Of a stretch of DNA of 64,000 nt, positions 8,428 through 18,060 are shown one piece after another. Every line of letters starts with the position of its first letter. Position 1 is the stretch's first letter. The notes below the pieces were generated by a model. It was given only the letters and a program-made list of their open reading frames with translations, ran no database searches and was not told where the DNA came from. Made by a program: the position numbers and the translations under genes. The stretch lies in contig BTVY01000023.1 of NCBI GenBank assembly GCA_045863335.1, forward strand, positions 32,001 through 96,000, read 5' to 3'. Source of the DNA: Candidatus Hydrogenedentota bacterium. GTDB taxonomy: Bacteria > Hydrogenedentota > Hydrogenedentia > Hydrogenedentales > SLHB01.

Positions 8428-11400
8428 ATGAATGTGCCGACAGACTCTTTACCGCAAGGTAGACGCGCGCGCTGGAGACGCACGCTATTCGCGACGTTGC
8501 TTATTGCGCTCACGGTGATCACACTGTTTGTCATCGGTCTTCCTCAGCGTTATGCACTTGAGTATGGGTTGCGCAGCGCGCTGGGAACCAACGTGCGCGT
8601 CACGGGGTTGTCTATCGCTCCTTCCGTCCGGATTCGGGAACTGGTCGTCACGGGTGGCGCCGACACGCCTCCTGTCGTGATCCGCGGGATCAACCTTGAC
8701 TATGCGCTGAACGTCGATTCCATCGTTACCATTTCCACGGTCTATGTTGAATCAATCGCACTCGACTTGCGCCAAAACGAGGACGGCGCCACCAACTACG
8801 CTTTTGCACAGCGGCTTCTGCAGGGCGATTTGGAATCCAAACCCAGCGACGAACCGCCAATGGACATAGCGCCTTATCTGCCGGACTCGGTCGTGGTCGG
8901 CAACCTGTCCATCTTGTTGGAATCGCCACAGGGCAACCTCTCCCTTGACGGACTCCGGATGGAGGCCGATATGGAATCGGTCCTGGCCATGAATGCCCGA
9001 TTGCTTGGAGAGAACGTGCATGGCTTCGTCGCCGGTGCCGGTTTGGAGGAAAAGCAGCCGGTCAACGGCTCGATCGACCTCCAGTTCATGCGCAATATGG
9101 CCAGCATGGGATTCACTGCGTCCGTCGCTCTCGACGGCATCGCGACACTCGACGGCACGCTGCACACGATTGCCGCCGTGGGTACGACGGCCGCCCAATT
9201 GCGCATCGAGGAGGGCCGATTCTTGGACGACCGCTTCGCGGCCCTGTTACCTGGAGGGCTGCGGTTCGAGTCGCTCGATGTGTCGGGGACCGAGGTGACG
9301 ATGTCCTCGCCCCCGGGCATTCCCTGGGACGTAAACGCGAACATTCACGTCGATGGGAAGGGGATTCGCTATGGCGTCGCGGATCATGAATGGTACGAGG
9401 GCGACTTGCAGGTACGCGGGAATTACGACGGCGAACGCGGCGACTTCGAGGCGGTACTGAACAATGGTCAGCGGCTTTCCGTGCTGGTCAGCGGCGAGGT
9501 GGAAGACATCCACGTCGCCGCGACCCTCATCGATTGGGATCGCGCGGATCTCGCGGATGCGTTGCCCAAAGACTTCCGGCCCTTGCTTGACGAACTGCCG
9601 CACCTCAGCCAGATCGGTGCGTCCGCAGAAGTGCGAACGCAGTGGCCCGCCTATACCGTGAATGCTTCCGTCGACCCGCTCTTTACGCCCGAGGCTGGAG
9701 AAGGCGAACGATTTGCCCTGCGCATTGCGGGTGAGGGCAATACGAATGCGGCGCACGAGGACCTGTTTCATGGAAAATTGAACGCCACGCTCGGCGAGGG
9801 CGAGTTGAACGTCATCATCGATGCGGATTCCGCGAAGCGTTACAACGGCGACTTCAAGGTTGCCTACATTGACATGGCGCGATGGTTGACGCCGATCCAA
9901 CAACGCGTGCCCATCGCACCGCCGCCAGGCACGCTGAACGGATCGCTCCGTATCCGGCACGAGGCCGAGTTTGCAATCGAGGGCGAACTCTCCCTTGATG
10001 CGGATGAACCGGGACCGGACGTGTCATTGACGTTCACCGCCGCGTCGGAGACTCCGGAATCCATCATTCCAATGACCGGAAAAGGGACCGTACGGTTCCC
10101 CACGCTCGAACCTGAAGGGTCCGCGGACATTAACTTCCGAATGACCGACAAGGATCTGTCCGTCTCGTCAGTTCTTTCCAACGTCAATCTCGCTTCCGCA
10201 GTATCACTGGTCAATCGCGACCTCATGCCGGAAGGAATGGCAGCAACGCTGACGGGCAGCGCCAATGTCACGCGCGATTCCGAACAGGTTTCCATCGCGT
10301 TGAACGTGGACGCCGCGCCCGCAACGATCGCCGGGCTGACCGTACCGGCCGAACAACCATTGCACATCGAAGGTACGTTGCGCGGTCCGGCGGCGTTGAG
10401 CGAATTGCGCGCGGAGACGCTGGCATTACGATTGACCGACGATGCAAGGGTAGATATCGGCAACCTCGCGATTGCGTTCTCGCCATTCAAAGTTCGTGGC
10501 CACCTCACGGGACGCGTTGATTTCGACTACGTAGGCCCCATCATTGGACTGCCCACCGTGGTCGGTGCGCTTACGGTTGACGCGCCGTTTACGCTGATCG
10601 ACGGAGTATTGGAGGCGCCGCTACGCCTCGAAGGTGACGGATTCGGATATGGCAAATGGGCCGGACCTTACGGGACCCCCGTTGTACTGACGGGAGACGC
10701 ACGCTACGCGCTGGATACGCAGTCCCTCGGCATCGGCAACGCAGAAGTGCTCTGGGGAGAAAGCACGCGCATCACGAGCACGCAGGCCGCCGCTGTGTTG
10801 AGCCCCTTCTCGCTTTCGGCGCCTTTCGAGGTTGCCACGGATCTTGCTCCCTTGGTTGACCTCCGCTTTCTTGATGCCGCAGACGGCACGGCGACGGCGA
10901 ATGGCACGCTCGGCATTGGCAGCGGCCAGCAAACACGTGTGGAATACGATCTTGCCGCGCGGTCCCTGACCTTGGCCGGAGCCGTGGCCGCGTTCGGCGG
11001 ATTGTCGTCCTCCGGCAACCTGGTGTACGGCGAGTCGCTGGACGGACGGGTCCGATTCGCGGCCGCCGAAGCCGCGGCCGCCGGCGCGGTCCTGACCGAT
11101 CCCCGCGGCATTTGCATGATCGAGAACGGCGTTGCGCAAGCCACCCATGTCGAAGCTTCGCTCTATGGGGGGCGAACCGCTTTTGATGCGACGGTGAATA
11201 TCCTGGATATGGACGAGGGGGGCCGCCTGGACGCCCATCTCGAAGGGGTCGATTTGGATCGGTTTACCAAAGAATACGAACCGCCGTCTGTCGTGCTCAC
11301 GGGGATTGCCAACGGAGACGTGTCGCTGGTCTGGGCTGCGAACGGGCTCGCTGACTTGCGCGTCGATCTGGCCTCCGACGAGAACTTTTCCATGAACCGG

Positions 11401-11802
11401 GAGATCATCGAGAATCTGTTGCTCCAGTCCGTCACCGCGGACATGACCGGCCTCAAACGGCTCAACAAACGCATTCGCGAGGACACCATCGGCGAAGGAT
11501 CGCAACGCCCCTTCGAACGGGCAGTGGTCTCGTTGTCGCTCGAAGGCGACACTTACGAGGAGCAACGACTGATTGGACCGGTGTCCCTGGAAAGCGAAAT
11601 GCTCGACCTGTCCATCGACCTGGGCGTCGACCTGCTGGCTATTGCCAGCGCCATGGAGCTCCAGCAACAGGCGCAGCTTGGCGAAGGTGATACGATATCC
11701 GCAGAACCTGTACAATGGGAGCTTCCTGGAGAGTCTTCCAATCCCGATTCGAATAATTCGGACGATCCGTCGTCCAGTACGTCAAAGGAGGAGGAATCAT
11801 GA
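8428..11802 (+). CDS. Large AsmA-like/YdbH-like beta-rich intermembrane protein
   Basis: Single N-terminal TM then about 1080 aa of repetitive beta-strand-rich sequence. Directly upstream of a DUF1318 gene, as ydbH is. Confidence 0.65.
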   Translation: MNVPTDSLPQGRRARWRRTLFATLLIALTVITLFVIGLPQRYALEYGLRSALGTNVRVTGLSIAPSVRIRELVVTGGADTPPVVIRGINLDYALNVDSIVTISTVYVESIALDLRQNEDGATNYAFAQRLLQGDLESKPSDEPPMDIAPYLPDSVVVGNLSILLESPQGNLSLDGLRMEADMESVLAMNARLLGENVHGFVAGAGLEEKQPVNGSIDLQFMRNMASMGFTASVALDGIATLDGTLHTIAAVGTTAAQLRIEEGRFLDDRFAALLPGGLRFESLDVSGTEVTMSSPPGIPWDVNANIHVDGKGIRYGVADHEWYEGDLQVRGNYDGERGDFEAVLNNGQRLSVLVSGEVEDIHVAATLIDWDRADLADALPKDFRPLLDELPHLSQIGASAEVRTQWPAYTVNASVDPLFTPEAGEGERFALRIAGEGNTNAAHEDLFHGKLNATLGEGELNVIIDADSAKRYNGDFKVAYIDMARWLTPIQQRVPIAPPPGTLNGSLRIRHEAEFAIEGELSLDADEPGPDVSLTFTAASETPESIIPMTGKGTVRFPTLEPEGSADINFRMTDKDLSVSSVLSNVNLASAVSLVNRDLMPEGMAATLTGSANVTRDSEQVSIALNVDAAPATIAGLTVPAEQPLHIEGTLRGPAALSELRAETLALRLTDDARVDIGNLAIAFSPFKVRGHLTGRVDFDYVGPIIGLPTVVGALTVDAPFTLIDGVLEAPLRLEGDGFGYGKWAGPYGTPVVLTGDARYALDTQSLGIGNAEVLWGESTRITSTQAAAVLSPFSLSAPFEVATDLAPLVDLRFLDAADGTATANGTLGIGSGQQTRVEYDLAARSLTLAGAVAAFGGLSSSGNLVYGESLDGRVRFAAAEAAAAGAVLTDPRGICMIENGVAQATHVEASLYGGRTAFDATVNILDMDEGGRLDAHLEGVDLDRFTKEYEPPSVVLTGIANGDVSLVWAANGLADLRVDLASDENFSMNREIIENLLLQSVTADMTGLKRLNKRIREDTIGEGSQRPFERAVVSLSLEGDTYEEQRLIGPVSLESEMLDLSIDLGVDLLAIASAMELQQQAQLGEGDTISAEPVQWELPGESSNPDSNNSDDPSSSTSKEEES

Positions 11803-12485
11803 AGCGTATCGGACTTGCATTGGCCACGACCGTGTCGCTCATCGCCCTCGGATGTGTCATCACCACGAAGCACAAGATCGATGCGCATATCGTGCTCGAT
11901 ATTCGCCATATTCAGGAACAGGCCGACGGGGTGCTCGACTATATCGAAGGCAAAACGGACGAACTACCGGCCGCGGCCCCCCCTAAGGAAAGCATGGGTC
12001 CGACGATTCTGGAGCGCGCCTGCTACGCCATGCTCTCCACCCCCGTGGCCTACGCGGCGGAGCTGAAGGAATCTTCGCCCAAGGTCAAGGAACTCGCCGA
12101 CAAGATGCGTGAGCGTCAGCCCAAGATCGAGGCGCTCAAGAAACAAGGCGCCATCGGCGAAGATAACCGCGGTTATGCCACGCTCCGCGAAAGCGAAGCC
12201 ATCGCGGATGCCGAGAAGAAGAACGAGGCGCAACAACTGATCGCCGCGGAAAACGCGGACCGCAAAGCCCTCTACCGCGAAATCGCCACAGACAATGCCG
12301 ACCAGAATGTTACGCTTACCACCGTAGAGCGGATCTTTGCGCAACGCCGTCTCATGCGTGCCGCCGCCGGAGAGGTCTTTCAGTTGCCGCCAGCTGGTGA
12401 CGACTTTGACAAGTTCAAGGCATCTCCCATGGGCCAGAAGCTCGGCGACGAATGCGCCCCCGGCGCCTGGGTCACCATGAAGTAG
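11799..12485 (+). CDS. Lipoprotein: YnbE-like N-terminus fused to YdbL/DUF1318 domain
   Basis: Lipobox IALGC followed by beta segment KHKIDAHIVLDIRH. DUF1318 motif K.QGAIGEDNRGY...AENADRKALY.EIA. ATGA overlap with the upstream gene. Confidence 0.78.
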   Translation: MKRIGLALATTVSLIALGCVITTKHKIDAHIVLDIRHIQEQADGVLDYIEGKTDELPAAAPPKESMGPTILERACYAMLSTPVAYAAELKESSPKVKELADKMRERQPKIEALKKQGAIGEDNRGYATLRESEAIADAEKKNEAQQLIAAENADRKALYREIATDNADQNVTLTTVERIFAQRRLMRAAAGEVFQLPPAGDDFDKFKASPMGQKLGDECAPGAWVTMK

Positions 12486-12546
12486 GGTTTTCCAATCACA
12501 CGACGCCGCGCTCTTCATGAGCGCTAGCAACCGAAGCGCCCGGGAT

Positions 12547-14808
12547 TCACCTCCCGGGCGTTTGGGTTTCTGGCGGCCGGCAACATTCAGTCTTCGCCGA
12601 AAGATCGTCCGTGTTTGTCCGTGTTCGTCCGTGTGGCCACGGCCAAAACAACAAGGCCACCGCAAAAATACCCAGCAACCCGAGTCCCAACCCAGACCAC
12701 CGGACACCCACCTGAAAACTTTCGGGGTTAAAACGGAAGCGAATCTCCCGCTCGCCCGTTGGCACCACTACCCCCATGAAATCGCCGTTGACACGCAGAA
12801 TGGGAAGTACTGAGTTGTCCACCGCGCTTGTAGCGTGCCACCCTTTGTGAAAGCTTTCGCTAAGAATTAGCAGTTGGGGTGTTTCCGCGCGCACGTGTAC
12901 ATGCACGTCCCCCGGTCGCGAAGTCACTAAGCTCACCTCGCCGTCGCCGGGGCGTATGCCAATCGCTTCCTCGACAAGCGCTGTCGTCGCGACGTCAATG
13001 GTCTGGATATCTCGCGCCGGAGAATCGCTCACGATTGCCGAGCCCGCGAGATAAACCCGCGAAACCGGATCGCTCACCGGAATCCATCGACCCGGTTCGC
13101 GCGTCACATGGTCGTTCATGTAATACCGCGCACCCGGTTTCTCTTTGTAGGCAACCCCGGCCGCGCGCAATGCAGCGTCGCCGGAGTAATCGAGATTGCG
13201 CCGCGGCAGCACACCGGCAAGACCGCTGGCCATATCGTACTCGGCCAGAGCCCAACCGTTGCTCTCCGGCTTGCGGCCGGAGTACACGCGATACGGTCCA
13301 ATGTCGCCAGGCCCAGGAAAGCGCTGAGCGAAACGCTCGATCGTGGTGGGCGTGCTCCACCAATGGAGAAAGTGCAACCCGTAAAGCGACTGGTCCAAGG
13401 CGGCCAGCACGAACAAAAGCGGTAGTGCAAACCGAAGCCTGTACGCGGCCCCGGCAACAAGGACCACACAGGCCGTGGTCGCCAAGGGACCCCACCAAAG
13501 CAAGGGTGGCGTGGACAAGTCGCCATTGAGCGCTATATCGAGGACACCCCCGTACGCGAGCACGGCGAAGGCCCAGCTTGCGAGCGCAATCGCGACCGCC
13601 ACCGCGACCGCACTGCGCTTCAGACTCCGGCTGCATGCCCTCTGAAGTTGATCAAAACCGATTCCCGCGATCGCCGCCGTGGCAAAAAAGAAGAGAACCA
13701 GGTACCGGCAAGGTCCTTTGAACAACGAAATGAGCGGAATCCAGTTCACGAGGCGGTGGAACCCGGTGTAAGGACCAAACGCTAGGAGGAGAGCAAGTAC
13801 GGAACCCGCGAGTAAAAACACGACAAGTCTTCGTTGTCCGCCGAGGCGCGGCATGCGCACCAATGCCCAGACCAGCAGGAACGCACACACGGCGCCGCCG
13901 TACATGGTGAACTCCTGCAGGTTACCGTAGAAGCTTCCGTACTCGAAGAGGAATGGATTGAGCAGTTGCAGCAGGTTCAGCGGATGGAGCGAGAGGTAAT
14001 TGCGAAGCGCATCCGCGTCGGCGATGCGATCGGAATTCAGAAGGAAGTCATAGCTCGGAAGCCATTGGGCCGCGCCGATCAGGAATCCGATACCCTTCGC
14101 GAGAAACAAGAGGATGGGGGTCCCCCAACGCCGGTGCCGGAACGTCAGTGCCAGCGTATAGGCCGCCTCGGCGAGTCCGATGATCCAGATGAACTGCGGA
14201 TAACCGAGGAGCAGCTCCGATGCCGTCAGCAATGCCACTGCGATGACAGACCATGCGCGCTGGCGCGGAGTCCTGCCAGTAAACGCGCCATCGATCGCGA
14301 GGAGAAGCCACGGCAGATGAACTGTCATCTCGACAAGATGCATATGCGCCGCGCGCAGAATGCCGAATCCGGAGAAGGCAAATAAGAAGGCGGCAAACAG
14401 CGCCGCCGCACGGCTCATGGACCAGCGGCGAAAAAGCAGGTAGCAACCCGACAAGATGGCTGGATAGCAGAGCAGCAGTTCGAGATTAAAGGCTACCTGT
14501 AGGGGCAGGAACCGGTAGAGCAGGTAGTGCAACGGATGCAGAAATCCACCTTGGCCTTCGCCGTGGATGTAGTGCCCGCACAACACCTGCGGCTCCCACA
14601 GGAAGGAGTCCCCGTTACGCAGGCAGTCCTGGTAGAAGGCGCGCGCGGGTAGATGAAAGCCACCGAGGTCAATGTGGGTGTAAACCTTGCCAGTCAGCAA
14701 GGGGATAGACAGCGCGAACAGGACCGACGCACAACAGGCCAGGCCGACGCGGAGGAGGATCGTATCGCGGGGGTCGGTTTTGCGGCTTGGTTGTGATGTG
14801 GTTGGCAC
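12547..14808 (-). CDS. YfhO-family polytopic membrane protein (GT-C-like glycosyltransferase)
   Basis: LWEP...CG......GQGG.LHPL N-terminal motif, many TMs, C-terminal LILSESFHKGWHA...RVNGDFMGVVVP.G...I.FRF.P. Confidence 0.8.
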   Translation of the reverse strand: MPTTSQPSRKTDPRDTILLRVGLACCASVLFALSIPLLTGKVYTHIDLGGFHLPARAFYQDCLRNGDSFLWEPQVLCGHYIHGEGQGGFLHPLHYLLYRFLPLQVAFNLELLLCYPAILSGCYLLFRRWSMSRAAALFAAFLFAFSGFGILRAAHMHLVEMTVHLPWLLLAIDGAFTGRTPRQRAWSVIAVALLTASELLLGYPQFIWIIGLAEAAYTLALTFRHRRWGTPILLFLAKGIGFLIGAAQWLPSYDFLLNSDRIADADALRNYLSLHPLNLLQLLNPFLFEYGSFYGNLQEFTMYGGAVCAFLLVWALVRMPRLGGQRRLVVFLLAGSVLALLLAFGPYTGFHRLVNWIPLISLFKGPCRYLVLFFFATAAIAGIGFDQLQRACSRSLKRSAVAVAVAIALASWAFAVLAYGGVLDIALNGDLSTPPLLWWGPLATTACVVLVAGAAYRLRFALPLLFVLAALDQSLYGLHFLHWWSTPTTIERFAQRFPGPGDIGPYRVYSGRKPESNGWALAEYDMASGLAGVLPRRNLDYSGDAALRAAGVAYKEKPGARYYMNDHVTREPGRWIPVSDPVSRVYLAGSAIVSDSPARDIQTIDVATTALVEEAIGIRPGDGEVSLVTSRPGDVHVHVRAETPQLLILSESFHKGWHATSAVDNSVLPILRVNGDFMGVVVPTGEREIRFRFNPESFQVGVRWSGLGLGLLGIFAVALLFWPWPHGRTRTNTDDLSAKTECCRPPETQTPGR
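12607..12633. repeat. 10-bp-period GTCCGTG tandem repeat (CACGGAC family)
   Basis: gtccgtgttt-gtccgtgttc-gtccgtg. The same unit occurs in opposite orientation at 52449-52465. Confidence 0.6.
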
Positions 14809-14900
14809 GGGTATCTTCCGGTTAATGGCTGGAAGATTGCCACGGTGAGGCTTCGGAATCCAGTGGAGGGAAGAGATATGGACCTGCGGTCCATGTGGGA

Positions 14901-14954
14901 CATGGGCTGGAAGCCCATGGCACCTCGAATCACGACCTGGAAGGCCGTGCCACC
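14901..14954. repeat. Two tandem REP-like palindromes
   Basis: catgggctggaagcccatggcacc and cacgacctggaaggccgtgccacc. A degenerate third copy lies near 14825. Confidence 0.65.
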
Positions 14955-14990
14955 TTCACGTGCCGCCTCTGGCGTCACGCGAAGTATCGG

Positions 14991-16055
14991 TCAGACCTTG
15001 CCGGACTCGATGGCGGCGACGGCTTTGCGGCCGAGCATGTGGACCATGACGATCAGCATGGCAAAGCGTTCGTCTGTGGTGAGCCCCTGTTTGTAGCGGT
15101 AGTAGATTTGTTGGACGATGACCGAAAGTTTAAGCAGGGCGAGAACGTAGTAGAAGAGGATACTCGAGATGTCGCGGCCGGTGCGGGCGGCGTAGGCCTC
15201 CGCAAGTTCCATGCGGGTCATGGCGCCGGGTTCGGTGGTGAGAAAGCACTGGACCACGTGCATCTCCTCGTCGTCGGCCTGGATCCAATAGCCGAGGGAA
15301 GTGCCAAGGTCCGCCAGGGGATCGCCGATGGTCGCCATCTCCCAATCGAGCACGCCGAGAATCTTCGTGAGGTCATCCGGATCGAGCACGATGTTGTCGA
15401 ACTTGTAATCGTTATGCACGAGCACGGCCCCGGTATCAGCCGGAATGCGTTCGTGAAGCCACGCGATGACACGATCGATCTCGGGAATGTCGTCGGTCTG
15501 CGAACCAGCGTAGCGCTTTGACCAACCTTTCACCTGACGTTCCACGTAGTTTTCGCCTTTGTACAGATCGGCAAGCCCGATGGCGCGATAATCCAGCGCG
15601 TGCAAATCGGCAAGATTCTCGATGAACGACTGGCAACACTGGCGCGTGAGGCCGGCTGTGTTTTCCAGCCCCTCCGGTTTTCTTGATCGAAGTATCACCC
15701 CCTTGATGCGTTCCATGACGTAGAACTGCGCGCCGATAATCGATTCGTCCTCGCAGAACGCCAAGGGGCTCGGCGCGGACGGATACACGGGATGTAATTT
15801 CGATAACACCACAAACTCGCGCCCCATATCATGGGCGGATTTCACCTTGCTCCCAAAGGGCGGACGCCGCAAAACGAGTTCTCGTTCGCCCGCGCGCAAA
15901 AGGTACGTCAGATTGGAATGGCCGCTCGGAAACTGCTCGACCACGATGGGTCCCTCCATGCCGGGCACAGCATCCGCCAGGTAGCGCGCGAGCGCCTCCG
16001 TGTCGAGTTCCTCTCCCTTGCGAACCGCGGCCGTGCCGTCAAGCGGACCCATCAT
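14991..16055 (-). CDS. Phosphotransferase (APH/choline-kinase-like; ACAD10/11 kinase-domain or LvaA-like)
   Basis: Start MMGPLD overlaps the ACAD stop. Motifs SGHSNLTY, VLRRPP, AHDMGRE, LVHNDYKFDN, VLDWEMATIGDPLADLG. Confidence 0.9.
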   Translation of the reverse strand: MMGPLDGTAAVRKGEELDTEALARYLADAVPGMEGPIVVEQFPSGHSNLTYLLRAGERELVLRRPPFGSKVKSAHDMGREFVVLSKLHPVYPSAPSPLAFCEDESIIGAQFYVMERIKGVILRSRKPEGLENTAGLTRQCCQSFIENLADLHALDYRAIGLADLYKGENYVERQVKGWSKRYAGSQTDDIPEIDRVIAWLHERIPADTGAVLVHNDYKFDNIVLDPDDLTKILGVLDWEMATIGDPLADLGTSLGYWIQADDEEMHVVQCFLTTEPGAMTRMELAEAYAARTGRDISSILFYYVLALLKLSVIVQQIYYRYKQGLTTDERFAMLIVMVHMLGRKAVAAIESGKV

Positions 16056-17269
16056 TGGTTCGCCCCCGACTTGATCGTGATGCCGTGACGTTTCAGGATG
16101 CGTTTCGCGACCGACTGCTTGTGAACTTCGTCCGGGCCATCGTAAATGCGCGCGGGCCGTTCGTGCCGGTAGAAGTGGGAGAGCACGGAGTCGTCCGTGA
16201 CGCCGTAGCCGCCAAGACATTGCACCGCGCGATCGACGACGCGCTGCATGGTGTTCGCCACGGTGAATTTGATGAGCGAAATCTCTTCCCGCGCTTCCTT
16301 CGCGCCGTGCTGCTCGATGCACCAGGCCGCGTGCAACACCATGAGCCGCGCCGCATTGATCTCTGCGCGGCTGTCGGCGATCCACTGTTGGACCATCTGC
16401 CGCGTGCCGAGCGGTACGCCCGGAGCAACTTCGCGTTTGGCCGCGTGGGCGCACATGATTTCAAAACTGCGTTCGCAGATCCCGATCCAGCGCATGCAGT
16501 GGTGGATGCGCCCTGGACCAAGCCGTTCCTGTGCGATGGCGAACCCCATGCCCTCGCCGCCGAGCAGGTTGGACTGCGGCACCCGGCAATCGTCAAAGCG
16601 AACCTCGCCGTGGCTGGCCCAATCCTCGCCTGCATCGCCCATGACGCCGATGTTGCGCACGTGCTTGTAGCCCGGGTTGTCGAGGGGCACGAGAATCATG
16701 CTCGCGCGGAAGTGAGGTTCCTGGTTCGGATCGGTCACCGCCATGACCACGGTGAACGAAGCGCCCTCGGCCGATGACGTGTACCACTTGTGACCGTTGA
16801 TCACGTAGTCATCGCCGTCTTTCACCGCCGTCGTGCTCATCCATACCGGATTGGATCCCGCATGCTCCGGCTCGGTCATGGCGAAACAACTGCGAATGTC
16901 CCCGCGCAACAACGGTTCGAGAAATGTTTTCTGCTGTTCCGGCGTGCCGAACTGAATGAGGATCTCCATGTTGCCCGCGTCGGGCGCCTGGCAATTGAAG
17001 CAATAGTGACCGAGCGGCGTGCGGCCCAGCTCTGCGCTCAGAAGACCATGCTCGACCAGACTGAGCCCGAGCCCGCCGTGCTCTTTGGAAATCTGCGGGA
17101 GCCACCAGCCGCGCTTCTTGACGTCTTCGCGGATGCGCGCCAGTTCCGGCAACAGCGCCTTGAATCCCCGCGCGTGGTCTCTGCGCTCGAAGGGGTACAG
17201 CTCTTTCTCAACGAACTCCCGGACGGCGCCGAGAAAATCCTGCGTCTGTTGCGGTATCGAGAAATCCAT
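16052..17269 (-). CDS. Acyl-CoA dehydrogenase (ACAD10/11 or LvaC-like subfamily)
   Basis: FNCQAPDAGNME, FAMTEPE, INGHKW, AQERLGPGRIHHCMR, RIYDGPDEVH. Confidence 0.93.
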   Translation of the reverse strand: MDFSIPQQTQDFLGAVREFVEKELYPFERRDHARGFKALLPELARIREDVKKRGWWLPQISKEHGGLGLSLVEHGLLSAELGRTPLGHYCFNCQAPDAGNMEILIQFGTPEQQKTFLEPLLRGDIRSCFAMTEPEHAGSNPVWMSTTAVKDGDDYVINGHKWYTSSAEGASFTVVMAVTDPNQEPHFRASMILVPLDNPGYKHVRNIGVMGDAGEDWASHGEVRFDDCRVPQSNLLGGEGMGFAIAQERLGPGRIHHCMRWIGICERSFEIMCAHAAKREVAPGVPLGTRQMVQQWIADSRAEINAARLMVLHAAWCIEQHGAKEAREEISLIKFTVANTMQRVVDRAVQCLGGYGVTDDSVLSHFYRHERPARIYDGPDEVHKQSVAKRILKRHGITIKSGANQ

Positions 17270-17299
17270 GACCGGCTTCCTTTCTGCGGCAGGCCCCGC

Positions 17300-18019
17300 C
17301 TACCGGTACGTCCACAGCATGGGATCGTTGAGATGGGACATGCCATTAAATCCATTTAAGGTGAAGCGCCCGTTTGTGAACAGGAACTCCGTGGTCGAAG
17401 CGTTCCGCACCTGCCACACCAGTTCGAGCGTCGCCTCAGGAGTCGTGTTAAGGGCCATACCGAGTGCGACCGCCGTCGGGCCGCCGGAAGTAAACGCGGC
17501 GATGCGCTCGCCTTTCTTCGCGCGGTCGAGGATGGACCGGTACGCCGTTGTCACCCGATCCCGAAAGTCAGCGAAAGTCTCTATCGCGTCGTCCCGATAC
17601 TGTTCGTTGGCCCAGTGCAACATGAGCTTCTCAAAGGCCTTTTGGAAGTTCTTCTCCTTCTCGCGCTTGTCCTGGACTTCCATAAACTTCTGCATGAGCA
17701 ACAGGACTTGCTCATCCTCCGCACAAAGTTGGGGCATAAAACGCTTCGCCAATTTCTCGACGGCCATCTCCGCGATGGCCTCTTCGATTTGAATCTCAGG
17801 AAACGTCTCGCCGGCCTTCGCATAGCATTCCGCGACGATCTCCGCGGAACGGCGTTGCCGCGCCAGGGGACCGGAGTAGACGCGATCGAAGGCGATCCCA
17901 TGGCGGACCCAGAACTCCCCAAGGTGGCGGCACTGTTCCTCCCCCAACGGGCTCAGTTTGTCGTAGTCTTCCTCGTGAAACGAAGCTTGCCCGTGGCGGA
18001 CAAGAATGAGAACACCCAT
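17300..18019 (-). CDS. Histidine phosphatase (phosphoglycerate mutase-like) family protein
   Basis: LVRHGQASF...YDKLS.LG..Q, FTSGG, FN...HL. Start MGVLILVRHG. Confidence 0.88.
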   Translation of the reverse strand: MGVLILVRHGQASFHEEDYDKLSPLGEEQCRHLGEFWVRHGIAFDRVYSGPLARQRRSAEIVAECYAKAGETFPEIQIEEAIAEMAVEKLAKRFMPQLCAEDEQVLLLMQKFMEVQDKREKEKNFQKAFEKLMLHWANEQYRDDAIETFADFRDRVTTAYRSILDRAKKGERIAAFTSGGPTAVALGMALNTTPEATLELVWQVRNASTTEFLFTNGRFTLNGFNGMSHLNDPMLWTYR

Positions 18020-18060
18020 TTTGTGCTGAGACTCCAATACGTGCGGTAGACCTTGATTGC

